DNA of 64,000 nt, taken from positions 1,674,001-1,738,000 of the forward strand of contig JBLDXI010000015.1 in assembly GCA_047495785.1 (NCBI GenBank), given 5' to 3'. Positions 35,853 through 50,439 of this stretch are shown piece by piece. The notes below the pieces were generated by a model that was not told where the DNA came from, searched no databases, and was given only the letters and a program-made list of their open reading frames with translations. Both the position numbers and the translations under genes were made by a program. Source of the DNA: Lepidodermella squamata (lineage: Eukaryota > Animalia > Gastrotricha). The number at the start of each line of letters is the position of its first letter. The stretch's first letter is position 1.

Positions 35853-35926
35853 GCTACATCTTTTTTGAGAATCAGGATCCTAATTCCAAACGACTGTCAC
35901 ATCTCAATCACGTCCCATGTTCATCC

Positions 35927-35975
35927 TCCCTGATGATTCCGCGTTCTCGCCGCGGGTTCGATTCCCGGTCCGGAA
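35927..35975 (+). pseudogene. tRNA-Glu(CTC) with D-arm and variable-region deletions
   Basis: TCCCTGATGATTCCGCGTTCTCGCCGCGGGTTCGATTCCCGG. Confidence 0.85.
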
Positions 35976-36045
35976 TTTTTTGTTATCGCTTTGTAGAAGA
36001 TCCAGGTTTCTCTCGAGTGTTTGCCATCAGATTTACTAGTATCCA

Positions 36046-36118
36046 GGTTCCGTAGTGTAGTGGTTATCACGTGTCCTTCACACGGAGAAGGTCGCGGGTT
36101 CGAACCCCGCCGGAACCT
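36046..36118 (+). tRNA. tRNA-Val(CAC), one anticodon-stem mismatch
   Basis: Loop TTCACAC; stem TGTCC/GGAGA. Confidence 0.85.
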
Positions 36119-36142
36119 CGTCGAACTTTTTTCCAACTTCTG

Positions 36143-36461
36143 GAGGGTGAGACTTTTTTCATCCGAAATCCAAAAATGTGACTGAAAACATCCGACATGC
36201 TTTTTAATATTTTCGAAAAATTACATTAAAAAACTGACTACTTTGATCGCCATAAATCTTTTAGCATACAATTCTTCCGGTTCAGGGGCCAAAATAGGGT
36301 GCATAAAATGGGTAGGTCCCTACAGGAAAATCGAATTCGGGAAAATCGAGAAAATCGATATTTTCATGTCGGATGATTTTAGTCACATTTTTGGATTTCG
36401 GATGAAACAAGACATGTGTCGGATAAAATAAGACATTTTGTTGGATGAAAAAGTTTTCCCC
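36143..36461. mobile_element. MITE-like insertion in the tRNA cassette spacer
   Basis: Inverted repeat TTTCATCCGAAATCCAAAAATGTGACT..CATCCGACATG; direct repeat CTTCTG at 36137 and 36462; absent from homologous spacers near 45075 and 5590. Confidence 0.8.
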
Positions 36462-36516
36462 CTTCTGAAAGGTTCCATTGTCATTAAAAGAGGATTTAGA
36501 TCCCTTGAGATCATCT

Positions 36517-36568
36517 GGGGATGTAGCTCAGTGGTAAGATGTCCCGGGTTCAAACCCCGGCATCTCCA
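36517..36568 (+). pseudogene. tRNA-Ala(TGC) with anticodon arm deleted
   Basis: 20-nt deletion at GTA microhomology. Confidence 0.9.
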
Positions 36569-36633
36569 ATTTTTCCAACCACGAAACTGATAGGAAATCT
36601 CCATCTTCAAAGGCATGATCTCTAGTATGAACA

Positions 36634-36707
36634 GGTTCCGTTGTGTAGTGGTTCATCACGTCTGCTTTACACGCAGAAGGTCGCGGGTTCGAACCCCGCC
36701 GGAACCT
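36634..36707 (+). tRNA. tRNA-Val(TAC)
   Basis: Intact. Confidence 0.95.
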
Positions 36708-37221
36708 TCAATTTTGTTTTAATCGTTGAGTTATGTCTTGTCGTAAGCGTCGTTGAATATTCATGTCAGTTTCAAGGTGAAAGTTGGCAAGTGAAAAGTC
36801 ATTCGTTTTCGCCTCATTCACATGAAAAAGACCACTTTTTACCTTTAATCTTGAAAAAACATTTCGAATTTTCTTACGAACCCTACAACTCATCATAATG
36901 TTCACGCATCCTTCAACTTCGAGATCTTTAAATTTAAATTTTTAATTTTTAAATTTAAATTCAAACACTAACAAATTAACTCTTATCGACAGTATAATTC
37001 ATTCGATTTTCATCGAAATCTGCTGAAATCGGATAGGAGCTTGGAAAAATCGAAGGATAGAACTTTCCGATTTTGGCTTGGCAAAAATCGCCATGGTCAG
37101 ATTCGACGCAGATGAATCGCATCAGTTTATTTCATCAAATTCCGCTGAAATCGGAGCGAGAGCTGGCATTTTGAATAGTTTGAATAGATCCGACATCGTA
37201 ACTAAAGCCACAAAATGCTAT

Positions 37222-37303
37222 CGCTGCCAGTAGGATTTGAACCTACGCGCGGAGACCGCATCTGATTTCAAGTCAGACCCCTTAACCACTCGGGCATAGC
37301 AGC
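37222..37303 (-). tRNA. tRNA-Ser(TGA)
   Basis: Intact. Confidence 0.95.
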
Positions 37304-37471
37304 TTGGTGGCTAACAAGTTGATAGCTCGTTTGATATTTGAATCGAAAGCTTTAGACGGAAAACGTCCCAGCTTGTATTCAGGGCGATTCATTACTTGGG
37401 AACAATGATATCGGATGCCGATTGAAACCGTTTATTATTGGGAATAATTCAATCATATAGGTTTGTAACCT

Positions 37472-37543
37472 GGCCCAGTGGCCTAATGGCAAGGCGTCGG
37501 CCTCCGGAGCCGGAGATTGTGGGTTCGAGTCCCATCTGGGTCG
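37472..37543 (+). tRNA. tRNA-Arg(CCG)
   Basis: Intact. Confidence 0.93.
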
Positions 37544-37622
37544 CAACTTTTTCATTAAATTCATTTTCATTGAAAAACTCGGTTCAGCAGGAAAAATGTA
37601 TTGAATTACTCAGCTTTCAGCC

Positions 37623-37694
37623 GGCTCAGTAGCTTAGTGGTAGAGCATCTGTCTTGTAAACAGAAGGTCACGGGTTCGATCCCCGTCTGGGCCT
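37623..37694 (+). tRNA. tRNA-Thr(TGT)
   Basis: Intact. Confidence 0.95.
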
Positions 37695-37769
37695 TGGCTC
37701 CTGTTTTCCCCTACTAATCAATCGTTACTCAATTAGAACATGAGAATAGGATCTATAGTTACCACAAGC

Positions 37770-37843
37770 GCCTCCTTGGCTCAGTTGGCTAGAGCGCCAG
37801 TCTCATAATCTGGAGGTCGTGAGTTCGATCCTCACAGGGGGCA
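37770..37843 (+). tRNA. tRNA-Met(CAT)
   Basis: Intact. Confidence 0.95.
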
Positions 37844-38043
37844 GCTTCCATTTTTTCAGCCCTGGAAAACGTCTAACCGTCCATTGGCATCTCCAGTAAA
37901 ATTGCACTGGTGAACCTGTGTTTTTGCAATTATTATTTCATTCGCAATTATTCGAAGACCGCTACAATGTCATTTATACTCCTGCCTGCTGCGCCATATA
38001 GATGCTGCACAATTCGCCTAATCTCTGCCGAGTTCATCGCAGT

Positions 38044-38101
38044 CATAGATAAAGGTTATTTATGATTTTTATCTATGATCTATGATTAACCTTTATCTAT
38101 G
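38044..38101. mobile_element. 58-bp hAT-like mini element
   Basis: 15-bp perfect TIR CATAGATAAAGGTTA / TAACCTTTATCTATG with 8-bp direct repeat ATCGCAGT on both sides. Confidence 0.75.
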
Positions 38102-38343
38102 ATCGCAGTATTCAAATTTCAAACTTTCGTTTTGCAAACACAAGACTAATTAAAGCTGATTCACCACCTCTGTAAAGCTGACGTCTGTAAACTCTAACTT
38201 TTTATTGCTTATTTGTTTCACTTTGCCATCCAATATTTCACAGGAAATTTGCTAAAGCCGCCAACCAACAAGCCTAACGGCAACAAATGTCGCGAATTTG
38301 ATTTGAATTAAAGCCACAATATAAACTGGATTAGAGATACGAC

Positions 38344-39649
38344 ATGAATCTAATGGGCGGTATGGCTGTGTTTCTCTATTTCTTCGTGCATTTCATCCTC
38401 GCTATATTCGGCGAATCTTCAATGGAGGAACGGTTAGCTAATGGGAAAGCGGTGATAATGACGCAACAGGACTTGGTCGACTACTGCGGCCTATCGACTG
38501 AGGTCCCTAATTCGAGGCGCATTTTCGACAAGAAAGATACAGGCTCGCAGGCTCTTCGCGTCGAATTCATCCTCGACCGCTTCGTGGGCATTGATGACCG
38601 GGCCGAGATGTTCGCGGTCAGCGGGAATCTTCACTTCAAATGGAAGGATACTTGCATATCGGAGGATCTATACAAACTGAACAACTTTACATCAGGTGGA
38701 ATGCCTGGTGGTACAAGAGTGTTTGCCAAGGACTGGCAAGAAATGTTCCATCCTCGGGTCAGACTGAGGAACAGCGTCAAAGATTCAGGTATGTAATTGA
38801 GCGGTACCGATTCCTGTTTTTTATTCAGCTCTATAGCTATGGTAACCGATTTCAACATATACATGGCAATGGCGGCCGTGAATCTTGCTCCTCCGAACCA
38901 AGTTAGAATCGAAACGGCTTGGACATTCTACGGACGATTCGAGACAACGTGTAGTTTAGTGCTAGGAGAATTCCCGTTCGATACCCAGAGCTGCTCTTTG
39001 GAGTTCATCAGCCACAGTGAGTTAGTGAATTTCACAGAAGCATCTCTAAGCGTTGGTTTCATGGGATCACAGGTAAATTTGGGTTATTTCAAACTGATTC
39101 ATTTTCAAGTGTATTTTTCCTCAGCCTGTCAGTGAGAATTCAGCTTGGACTATGAAAAGCTCGTCTCATAAGGTTATCTTCTCTCAGGCCAGTCCACCAA
39201 GTCCTACCCAAGTTATGTTCCATTTCGATTTCAAACGTCGGCCATCTTACTACGTTTACAACATGCTGCTACCGTGCTTTGTCTTGACCATTCTAGATCT
39301 GCTCGCATTTCTGCTGCCAGGTAAAGAGGTGGATAGGTCAACATACTCGATGACGGTTTTGTTAGCCCTGGTCTTCATGTTGAGTCTTGTTTTAGCTAAT
39401 ATTCCAATGACACCTCAGCGAATCTTTTTGACTTATTACATTTTGATTGAATGCCTGCTATGCACGATTTGTACTGTTGAAAGTCTGCTGCTCTGCTTCT
39501 TTGTACGTGCGAACCCTAAAATTGCTAAGCGTAAATGTGCTGGATCAATCCCTGTGCATCGAGTGATTGATATCATAGCTTTTCTCATGATTTTCGCTGT
39601 TTTCATCATTATCAATGTTCAAGCAATCGCTTTATCTATCGACGATTGA
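38344..39649 (+). CDS. Orphan Cys-loop ligand-gated ion channel, paralog 3
   Basis: CSLVLGEFPFDTQSC; same 3-exon structure. Confidence 0.9.
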
Positions 39650-39748
39650 ATCTGTAACTTGTCGACTTTATTGTCTTGATAATCACTCTATGATACAAAT
39701 TGAATAAATCAAAGGTTGCGACGAAACATTGTCCGATTGGCCAAGCTT

Positions 39749-41737
<1,989 letters not shown>

Positions 41738-42943
41738 CTTCTCTCATCAAAGTGCAAATGGAACGGTGAAACGTTTTGCGAAAATTGATCCAAAAGCTAA
41801 GATAACCGAAATTAAAAATGGAAAAGCGCAGAGTTATAAGTCTCGAATTTGACATTAAATACCCAAGATTTCTCGCGGTACTATAGATAAGAATTTTTCT
41901 AGATGTTACGAGATTTTCGGTAATTAAACTGACCGGTTCGCAGTTTTATCGCCTATCAGTGCGCGGTGGAAAATGATAAGCTTGCGAGTGCGCGCCCGCT
42001 TTTGCGCGCAAATAAAAGCGCGCTCAAAGATAGCGCGAAATAGCGTTATCTGCTTATCTGTATTTGTCGCTGTCGCTAACAAATATCCGCGCTTTGTTTG
42101 TTACCGAATTTCGCGCAATAGAGGGACACAGGTATCACCTCGCAGAAAGTTCTGGAATAGAGGCCGGCGTCCTAAACTAGGCCATATCTCATAACTATGT
42201 GTTATTATTAAAAATGTTCAGCAGACTAATTAATTAGTCGCGCTTATACCTATACTACCAGAAGTCATTTAGGTGATGTGATTTATATTGAAATATTAGA
42301 AATATTTGAGGAAGAGAAAGAGAATGAGAGACAAGCTCCATGGGTTGTTGCATCATGCAAAAATGGCAATCGCCCAGGCTATAGGTTATGAATGAAGCCA
42401 TAAATTTGAGATAATTCTGGCTGTTAGTTAACAGAGATGAACATCGTGAAAACATTAAATTGGAAGTCTTGGTTTATTTTTTCAATTTTCAAAAAATGAT
42501 CGAGGAATCGGTTCTACGACTATCGACAGCGTCGATATAGATTGCGACAACTCCGCACGGAAAAATCCGCAAAATGAATATAAAATTAATTAATTCATAT
42601 TTTTGGAAACATTAACTCCGCAAGAGCCACATTTATTCAAAATAATAATACAAATAATTAAAATAAATTTGCGCAACATCCTGAAAAATGTATTTAGCAA
42701 ATAAATTATGGCACATTTTTATTTCTGGGTTTGATTTTTTATTTTTTTTTATGTTTTTGGAAAATTGGGGAATTTGCACGGAATTTTTTGGAAACCTGCG
42801 GATGATTTATTATATTTTTATTTACCTGAATTAAATGGCGAATCATGCGTGAAGTCTTTTGATATAGATGCGTCTTTTCACTGTTTCTAAAGCCTGCGTT
42901 GCTGATAAAATTATTCAATGAAAGCGCATCATGTCTCACCATA

Positions 42944-44431
42944 ATGAAAATACTGCGAAAATCTGGCATAGCAATCGTATTCTTACTAACCCTCGTGATA
43001 GTATTGTTTAAAATTCTTAATTTGTCCGATAATTATACTGCATCGAAAGGTGATGCGGGAAATGATCACCTGCCATTCCAAAATGTCGAAGAATTACGCG
43101 GACGAGCTGACGCTGTCGCCAAAGAAATCGCTGAATTTTTCAACAATTTAGCAACCCAATTCAAAAATGACAAAAATCTGAAATTTGTCACTTCAAATTG
43201 CAATCTACCGCCTGGTCTCGGTTGCTACGACCAGTTTTACCCAGCGTTGCGTAACAAAGCTGTTATCGGGTGTTTGCTGAGGTCGACAAAATGCGGTGGT
43301 TTAGGCGATCGACTTCGTGGCACCGTGACGGCTCTTTACCTAGCCATTGCGAGCGGTCGACTTTTCGCTATCGACTGGAAACAGCCAAGATTCAGTGATT
43401 ACTTCTTGATCAACAACGGTCATGTGTCAATAAATTTTACCGAAGAATTGTCGAAAATTCAACCAAGCGGAACGAAATGGCTTCTTCATCGCGATGATTT
43501 GTCGAAAAGCGAATTTTTATCAGAATTTTTAAGGCAAGATTTTCTCGCGGCTAATGAACAATTTAGTCACCTAGCTGTAATGTCGAACCGGTACTCTGGG
43601 TTGGATACAATTTTCGAAAATAAGGAACTGGCTGATAGATTGAAAATCGTGATTCCGAGGTTTTTCGACGGAAATAGCGATTTTCGAATCGCGATTTCAG
43701 CCGCTTATCGGTTCATTTTTCAATCGCCAACTTCAAGGCTGGATCAAATGGCTCGAGAGATGATCAATGAATTAGTTGGACCTACAAATTGGCTTGAATC
43801 TTACAAAATCGGTGTACAAATTCGAACTTCAGGTAGGATTCAAGTTATTGATATTTATGCTAATTTTGACTTATTTTGACTAGTTTATGAGGGAAAAAAT
43901 TCGAGTTTTCAAAAGCAGTCTGAATGCTTTTCGGTTGAGCTAAATCAAGCGATACTGTCGGTTCGAAAAACTAGACAACGGAATATCTTGATTTTCTTAA
44001 CAAGCGATGACGATAGAGCAAAAGCTGTATTATCAGCCCGAATATCAGATTCCAAGGTTATCCTGTTCAGTTCTTCTGATTCGACCCGATATAATCTAAC
44101 TTTCAAACATTCCGATAAGGATGGAATATCAAGTGATGGTGATTGGCTGAGAGATTCGAGAACTTTTTTGGACTTTTGGCTGCTGAGCCGAATGGATTTG
44201 TTGATAATCAGCCGAAGCGGTTACGGCGAGGCAGCTGCTCGTATGGCTTTGGTAACAACTAGGCGGGAAAGATGTGATAAAGCGAGTGATACTGAAAGAT
44301 CGTGCAAGAATTATGGATGCTTTTTTGAAGATTTCAATGTTGGGGAAATGAGTAGAACTCAACTAGATGATAGCCATTATCAGGATGGAATAATTTCTCA
44401 GCCTAACGAGGACATATTTGACGTGTTATGA
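42944..44431 (+). CDS. Fucosyltransferase-like type II membrane glycosyltransferase (alpha-1,2/1,6 FucT motifs), 2 exons
   Basis: N-terminal TM; GGLGDRLRG; IGVQIRT; IFLTSDD; DFWLLSRMDLLIISRSGYG. Confidence 0.8.
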
Positions 44432-44607
44432 TCAATGCCTTTAATAAAAGAGAATGACAGTAAAAAGGCTATTTCTTATTAATTAAATAAATTATAAAGA
44501 AAATCGCTGATGATTTATAGGCTAATATTTCAACCTAGCCAGCTGGGCGAGTTCATTTGCAAGCGGCGATAATTTATTAGGCTATATTGTAAGCCGTATT
44601 TCAGCGA

Positions 44608-44680
44608 GACTCCGTAGCTCAATTGGCAGAGCGTCTGACTCCAGATCAGAAGGTTGCGTGTTCAAGTCACGTCGGGGTCA
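44608..44680 (+). tRNA. tRNA-Trp(CCA)
   Basis: GACTCCG..CGGGGTCA, loop CTCCAGA. Confidence 0.95.
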
Positions 44681-44826
44681 CAGCCTTTTGCCAAGATGCA
44701 AGAACTATTTTCGAATTTTTTGAAATAGCTCAATGCTTCGGCGTTTCAGTTCTTCTTAGCTATTCTTTGTCAGTTGTTTGTTATTACAACCACACGGAGG
44801 CATCAGAATCTGATGAGTTCACGAGC

Positions 44827-44900
44827 GCCTCCTTGGCTCAGTTGGCTAGAGCGCCAGTCTCATAATCTGGAGGTCGTGAGTTCGATCCTCACAGGGGGCA
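44827..44900 (+). tRNA. tRNA-Met(CAT)
   Basis: Intact. Confidence 0.95.
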
Positions 44901-44987
44901 GCTTCCATTTTATAACTATGGGATCTTGATTCTCTTGGCTTGAGAAGAATCATTCATTCGTACGTTGCTAGAGCAATCTAATACCCA

Positions 44988-45060
44988 GGTTCCGTAGTGT
45001 AGTGGTTATCACGTCTCCTTCACACGGAGAAGGTCGCGGGTTCGAACCCCGCCGGAACCT
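44988..45060 (+). tRNA. tRNA-Val(CAC)
   Basis: Intact. Confidence 0.95.
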
Positions 45061-45133
45061 CGTTGAACATTTTTCCAACTTCAAAAAGGTCCCATTACCA
45101 TTAAAAGAGGATGAGTGTCTTCTGAAATCATGT

Positions 45134-45205
45134 GGGGATGTAGCTCAGTGGTAGAGCGCTTGCTTTGCATGTAAGATGTCCCGGGTTCAAACCCCGGCAT
45201 CTCCA
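45134..45205 (+). tRNA. tRNA-Ala(TGC)
   Basis: Intact. Confidence 0.95.
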
Positions 45206-45274
45206 ATTTTTAAAACATTAAAATATAGACATTATCCAATGTCAAAAATCGAAATATGATATCCAGTATGAACA

Positions 45275-45348
45275 GGTTCCGTTGTGTAGTGGTTCATCAC
45301 GTCTGCTTTACACGCAGAAGGTCGCGGGTTCGAACCCCGCCGGAACCT
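45275..45348 (+). tRNA. tRNA-Val(TAC)
   Basis: Intact. Confidence 0.95.
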
Positions 45349-45808
45349 TCAATTTTATGTTGAGCTACCGCTAATGTTAGCGTTTTTATTACAGTAAACA
45401 ACCTCAAGTCGTCTTTGGCTAGCAAGGAGCAAGGGATAGCATTCCAAGGTCCGAAGAAAGTTAGAATTAGGGTCTCAATTACGGTATAGCTTCCATTTTT
45501 GCAAGTTGTTTGTTGAATGTTGGGCCTATAGTTATAGCGAGACCCAAGTCATTTGCCCAGCTATATCTCATGTGCGCTCAGTCATTCAAAAGAAATCGGA
45601 AAAATAGCAATCAAAAAGTAAGATCACTTATCATGGGAAGTTTCACCTAATTCGGCTGAAATCGGAGCGAGTTCTAGCATTTGGAATAGTTAAAACTTTG
45701 TCAATTTGGCGAAAATCGTCACGATTGGCTCATGGTTACTAGACTAGATCAGGTTGTCATGCTGGGTCCGACAGATGAATCCTCGCTACCATAACCATAA
45801 AATGCTAT

Positions 45809-45890
45809 CGCTGCCAGTAGGATTTGAACCTACGCGCGGAGACCGCATCTGATTTCAAGTCAGACCCCTTAACCACTCGGGCATAGCAGC
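45809..45890 (-). tRNA. tRNA-Ser(TGA)
   Basis: Intact. Confidence 0.95.
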
Positions 45891-46130
45891 TTGGTGTTTT
45901 CGAAGTCAAGCATTTTCGATGACAAATTCTCCGCCAAATCTTGTCTTTACGCTTGATGCTACATTCTTCCATGGGCGATAATAACTGCAATCTATGAAAC
46001 ATGAAATAAGTAATGTGTGAAAAGGCCTGCGAACTCTGCGAAGTCGGCACCTCACGAGTCCTCGAAAAATAAACAGTCTCATCAAACGTCAACCGATGAA
46101 AATGACTCATTTATTCACGCTTTTTACATC

Positions 46131-46202
46131 GGCCTAGTGGCCTAATGGTAAGGCGTCGGCCTCCGGAGCCGGAGATTGTGGGTTCGAGTCCCATCTGGGT
46201 CG
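46131..46202 (+). tRNA. tRNA-Arg(CCG)
   Basis: Intact. Confidence 0.95.
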
Positions 46203-46279
46203 CAACTTTTTCATTATCTTGAATCAAAAGAATTCATTGTTCAGCAAGAAAATTGTATTGAACTACTCAGCTTTCAGCC

Positions 46280-46351
46280 GGCTCAGTAGCTTAGTGGTAG
46301 AGCATCTGTCTTGTAAACAGAAGGTCGCGGGTTCGATCCCCGTCTGGGCCT
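46280..46351 (+). tRNA. tRNA-Thr(TGT)
   Basis: Intact. Confidence 0.95.
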
Positions 46352-46437
46352 CGGCTGCTATTTTTCCCCAGCTTTGATAAATAGATAGTTCAATGTTCAA
46401 TTAGGAAGTCAGAATAGGATCCAGGGTGACCACAAGC

Positions 46438-46511
46438 GCCTCCTTGGCTCAGTTGGCTAGAGCGCCAGTCTCATAATCTGGAGGTCGTGAGTTCGATCCT
46501 CACAGGGGGCA
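46438..46511 (+). tRNA. tRNA-Met(CAT)
   Basis: Intact. Confidence 0.95.
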
Positions 46512-46793
46512 GCTTCCATTTTTTCGGCCTTTTCTCGTACCTATTCATTTCAAAATTCTGAAACTGGGTTCTAGTGGTATGACTGTTCATGGTTGACTGA
46601 CCGAGGGATCTCATGTTTGACGAATAACAAGCGTTAGGAAAAATCCGAGTTATTATGCATATTTAGGTAACTTTACACTATGTATTACTATGCACTAGGC
46701 AAAGTACTGGATATTTGGTTTGGTAGCCATGAAACTACTTTATTACCGGTTGTAGGTTGCACGCTCAAGAAACAGAAAGAAACTCAAAAAGTA

Positions 46794-48096
46794 TCACGTG
46801 AGAGCAGCCAAAATCAGCGCCTGGATGTTTACAGTCGCAAATACGCTGAAAATGATCAGAAAGAAGACTACGTCAATACATCGGTGCAGTGGAATAGCAA
46901 CGATCCACTTTTTGTTAGCACTGGAAGGGCTTGCTCGAACGAAGAAGCACAGAAATAAGCTCTCAACAGTACAAATTGTACAGAGCAAGCATTCGATCAA
47001 TATGTAATACGTCAGAAAAATGCGTTGGGGAGTCATTGGGATGTTAGCAAGAACCAGACTTAGCATGAAGACTAGGGCTAACAAAACTGTCATTGAATAC
47101 GTCGATCTATCCACATCATTAGCTGGCAGAAAGAATGACAGCAAGTTGAGAACAGTCAAAACAAAACAGGGTAGCAACATGTTATAAACGTAGTAAGATG
47201 GCCTTCGTTTCATGTCGAACTGGAAAATGGCTTGGGTCGGTAGTGGGGGATTGACTTGCGAATGGATAACCCTGGTAGAGGAGCCTTGCAGCGACCATGC
47301 AGAGTTTTCACTTACAGGCTGAAGAAGAATGAAACCAGATGCTAGATTCAAGTAAATCTATAACTCATACCTCATCTCCCATGAATCCTACTTGAAGATG
47401 CGCTTCGGTGAAATTGACCAAGTTACTGTGGCTGATAAACTCGATCCTGCAATGCTGAGTGTCGAAAGGGAATTCACCTAGAACTAGACTGCAGGTTGTC
47501 TCGAATCTACCATAGAAAGTCCAAACGCTGTTGATCAAAATTTGATCCGGTGGTTCTTGGTTATAGCTGGTTAGTGATAAGTAAATGTTGAAATCAGTCA
47601 CCATGGCTGCAGGAAGGGTTTATAAAATTCATAGCAGAGAATTCTTTAGGTTACCTGTATCTTTAATGCTGTTTCTCAACCTGATGCGGGGATGGAACAT
47701 GTCTTCCCAATTCTTCGCAAAAATCCGCGTGCCGCTCTCTGCGCTTCCTGCTGTAGCATTGTTGAGGGAATATAATTCTTCCGAGAGACATTTATCATTC
47801 CACTGGAAGTGCAGATTGCCAGCAACCATGAAAGTCTCACCTCGATCATCGATGCCGATGACTCGGTCCAGGATGAATTCAACACCGACTGATTGAGACT
47901 CAGTGGAAGTCTTATGGAAAATTCTTTTGGAATTCGGAACCTCGGTAGATAAGCCGCAGTAATCGATGAGGTCTTGTTGCGTTATCAAAACCGGCGGATT
48001 TGACAAGCGATCTATTAACGATGAACCGGCCGGAATTAGAAAATAGCTTATCAATGGAATAACTAAAACATGTCTTGCCATTTTCAGCTTAATCAT
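46794..48096 (-). CDS. Orphan Cys-loop ligand-gated ion channel, paralog 4 (most similar to paralog 1)
   Basis: CSLVLGEFPFDTQHC; KRRPSYYVYNMLLP; 3 exons. Confidence 0.9.
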
Positions 48097-48876
48097 TCTT
48101 CAGCAAATATGATGTCAGGATTATGCATGATCAGAGCGTGTTAGTAAGCATATTGCATAGTTTATGTCACCTCTAAGAGCTAATAAACTTGTATGTTTAA
48201 CCAGATGCGGATTCCAAGTTACAATATTTATGTACTCTCTTACCGTAGGTCGCCAGCGCAAAGTAAACGAGATATATTTCCTGCGGAAGATCGAACAGTG
48301 CGCCCTGATACGTATGTACTCATTAAGTTTATCCCGTGGCATTTTGCTGCGCATTCAATAAACGCTCAGAGCTGCTCGAGATATCAGAAAGCATTTTCGA
48401 TCAAAAATAAGAAAATCAAAAAGATGGAAGTTCTCATAATGGCTCATCAGCAATGTTTTGCGTATTCGCGAGCAGTAGTGACCCTTGGACGCGTCCCAGT
48501 GCCTCCGTGGCTTTGTTGACTCGCACAATTGGGATGTCATGAGTTCTATCCCAATAGCTTCTACCCCAAGCAAAGATAACTTCTTTACATACTTATCACA
48601 TTTCCATCTTCTAATTCTTTCCTAGCATTTAGGCCAGGCGCCTTGTCAACCGAGGCTTATTGCGCTGTTCTCGGCACCTGAAAGGGGATAAATAGTGGCT
48701 TTGCGGCGCCAATAGGTGAGGAAAATACAATAATAAACAATAAAAACAATAACAACGCTAACTAGATTTACACGCATTTTTATTTCAGGGAATTCTTAAA
48801 AAAAGAAACTGCGTAAAAATTGCGTTAGTCAGTTACTTGCTCGTGAGGAGATAGCTCATTAAAGGTTAGAAGCGCG

Positions 48877-50188
48877 TCAATCCCTTACTGCCAAAGTAAT
48901 AGCCTGAACATTGATTACAATGAACACCGTGAAGATGCAAACAAATATGGCAAGATCAATTACACGGTGAAGCGAAAGTTTTCCGAGACACTTGTGGTTA
49001 GCTTTCGACGTGAAAGCTCGAACGTAGAAGCAGAGTAATAAACTCTCAACGGTGCAAGCTGTGCAAAGAAGGCTTTCGATCAGTATGTAGTAGGTCAGAA
49101 AAATCCGCTGCGGCGTCATTGGGATATTTCCGAGAACTAGACTCAGCATGAACACAAGAGCTAAGAGAACAGTCATTGAATACGTTGATCTCTCCACCAT
49201 TTTGGCGGGAATCAGAAAGGCGAGGAGGTCGAGACATGTTAGGATAAAACAGGGCAACAGCAGATTGTAAACGTAGTAAGACGGCCGGCGTTTCAGGTCG
49301 AATTGAAACAGCACTTGCGTTGGAGTTGGCGGGGTGATTTGCGCAGGATTAATGATGTAAGAAGATCCTTTCAGCGACCAAGCTGAGTTCTCGCTTACTG
49401 GCTGGACATGAAACTAATGTAATTGATTGTGAATAGTCGAAAATCACGACATTCAATTACCTGAGAGCCCAGGAATCCAATGTCGAGGGATGCATTGGTA
49501 ATGTTGACTAGATTGCTATGGCTGATCAATTCAATCGAGCATCTTTGAGTGTCGAAAGGGAAATCGACGAGATACAGGTTGCAGCTTGTCTCAAATCGGC
49601 CATAAAATGTCCAGGTGAAGTAGACCATTACTTGATCCGGTGGGTTTAAATTCTGAGAAGTCATGTCGATATAAATGTTGAAGTTAAATTCCATAGCTTA
49701 AATGAAAATTACATTAAATAATATGGATAGGTATAACTTTTTTCATTACCTGAATCTCCGACAGCATTGCGTAGCCTGATTCGAGGGTGAAAGACTTCTT
49801 CCCAATTTTTGGCGAAAACTCTTGTTCCACTTGGAAGTCCACCAGAGGTGAAATTATTCAACTGATAGAAGTCTTCTGATAGACAAGTATCGTTCCACTT
49901 GATGTAAAGATTCCCTATGCCTACAAACATTTCAGCTCGATCGGAGATTCCGACGAATCGGTCCAGAATCAAATCGATCCGCAGCGATTGAGCAGCTGAA
50001 CTTGTTTTGTCGAAAATGCGCCTCGAGTTGGGCACTTCTGTTGAAAGACCACAGTAATCGACGAGATCTTGCTGCGTCATGACTACAGGCCGGCGAGACA
50101 GCCTTTCAACCATCGACATCTCGGCAGCAATGGTTGATAACCAACTTGCAGCGAGTACTTGTAAGAAATATGCTTTTGTTGCCATCAT
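48877..50188 (-). CDS. Orphan Cys-loop ligand-gated ion channel, paralog 5
   Basis: CNLYLVDFPFDTQRC; M2 ERSTYSMTVLLAL; 3 exons. Confidence 0.9.
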
Positions 50189-50439
50189 TTAATGCAGTAA
50201 AATGCGTCCATCTGTGGTTGAATTAATAGAGCATGGCGGTTGCACATCTATCATGTCACATAGCGACATGATTGATGTAATAGGTGTGGCTTTAAGTCAC
50301 AATCAATAATTATTGACTTTGTGTTTAAAATATCTCCCTGGAGCGGAAATCATTAAAATGTGGAGCAATTAAACTGATGAAGCCGAATTAGCTACAACAG
50401 ACTCAGATGGCGATGAGCTTTTCGGCTGATGAATTGAGA

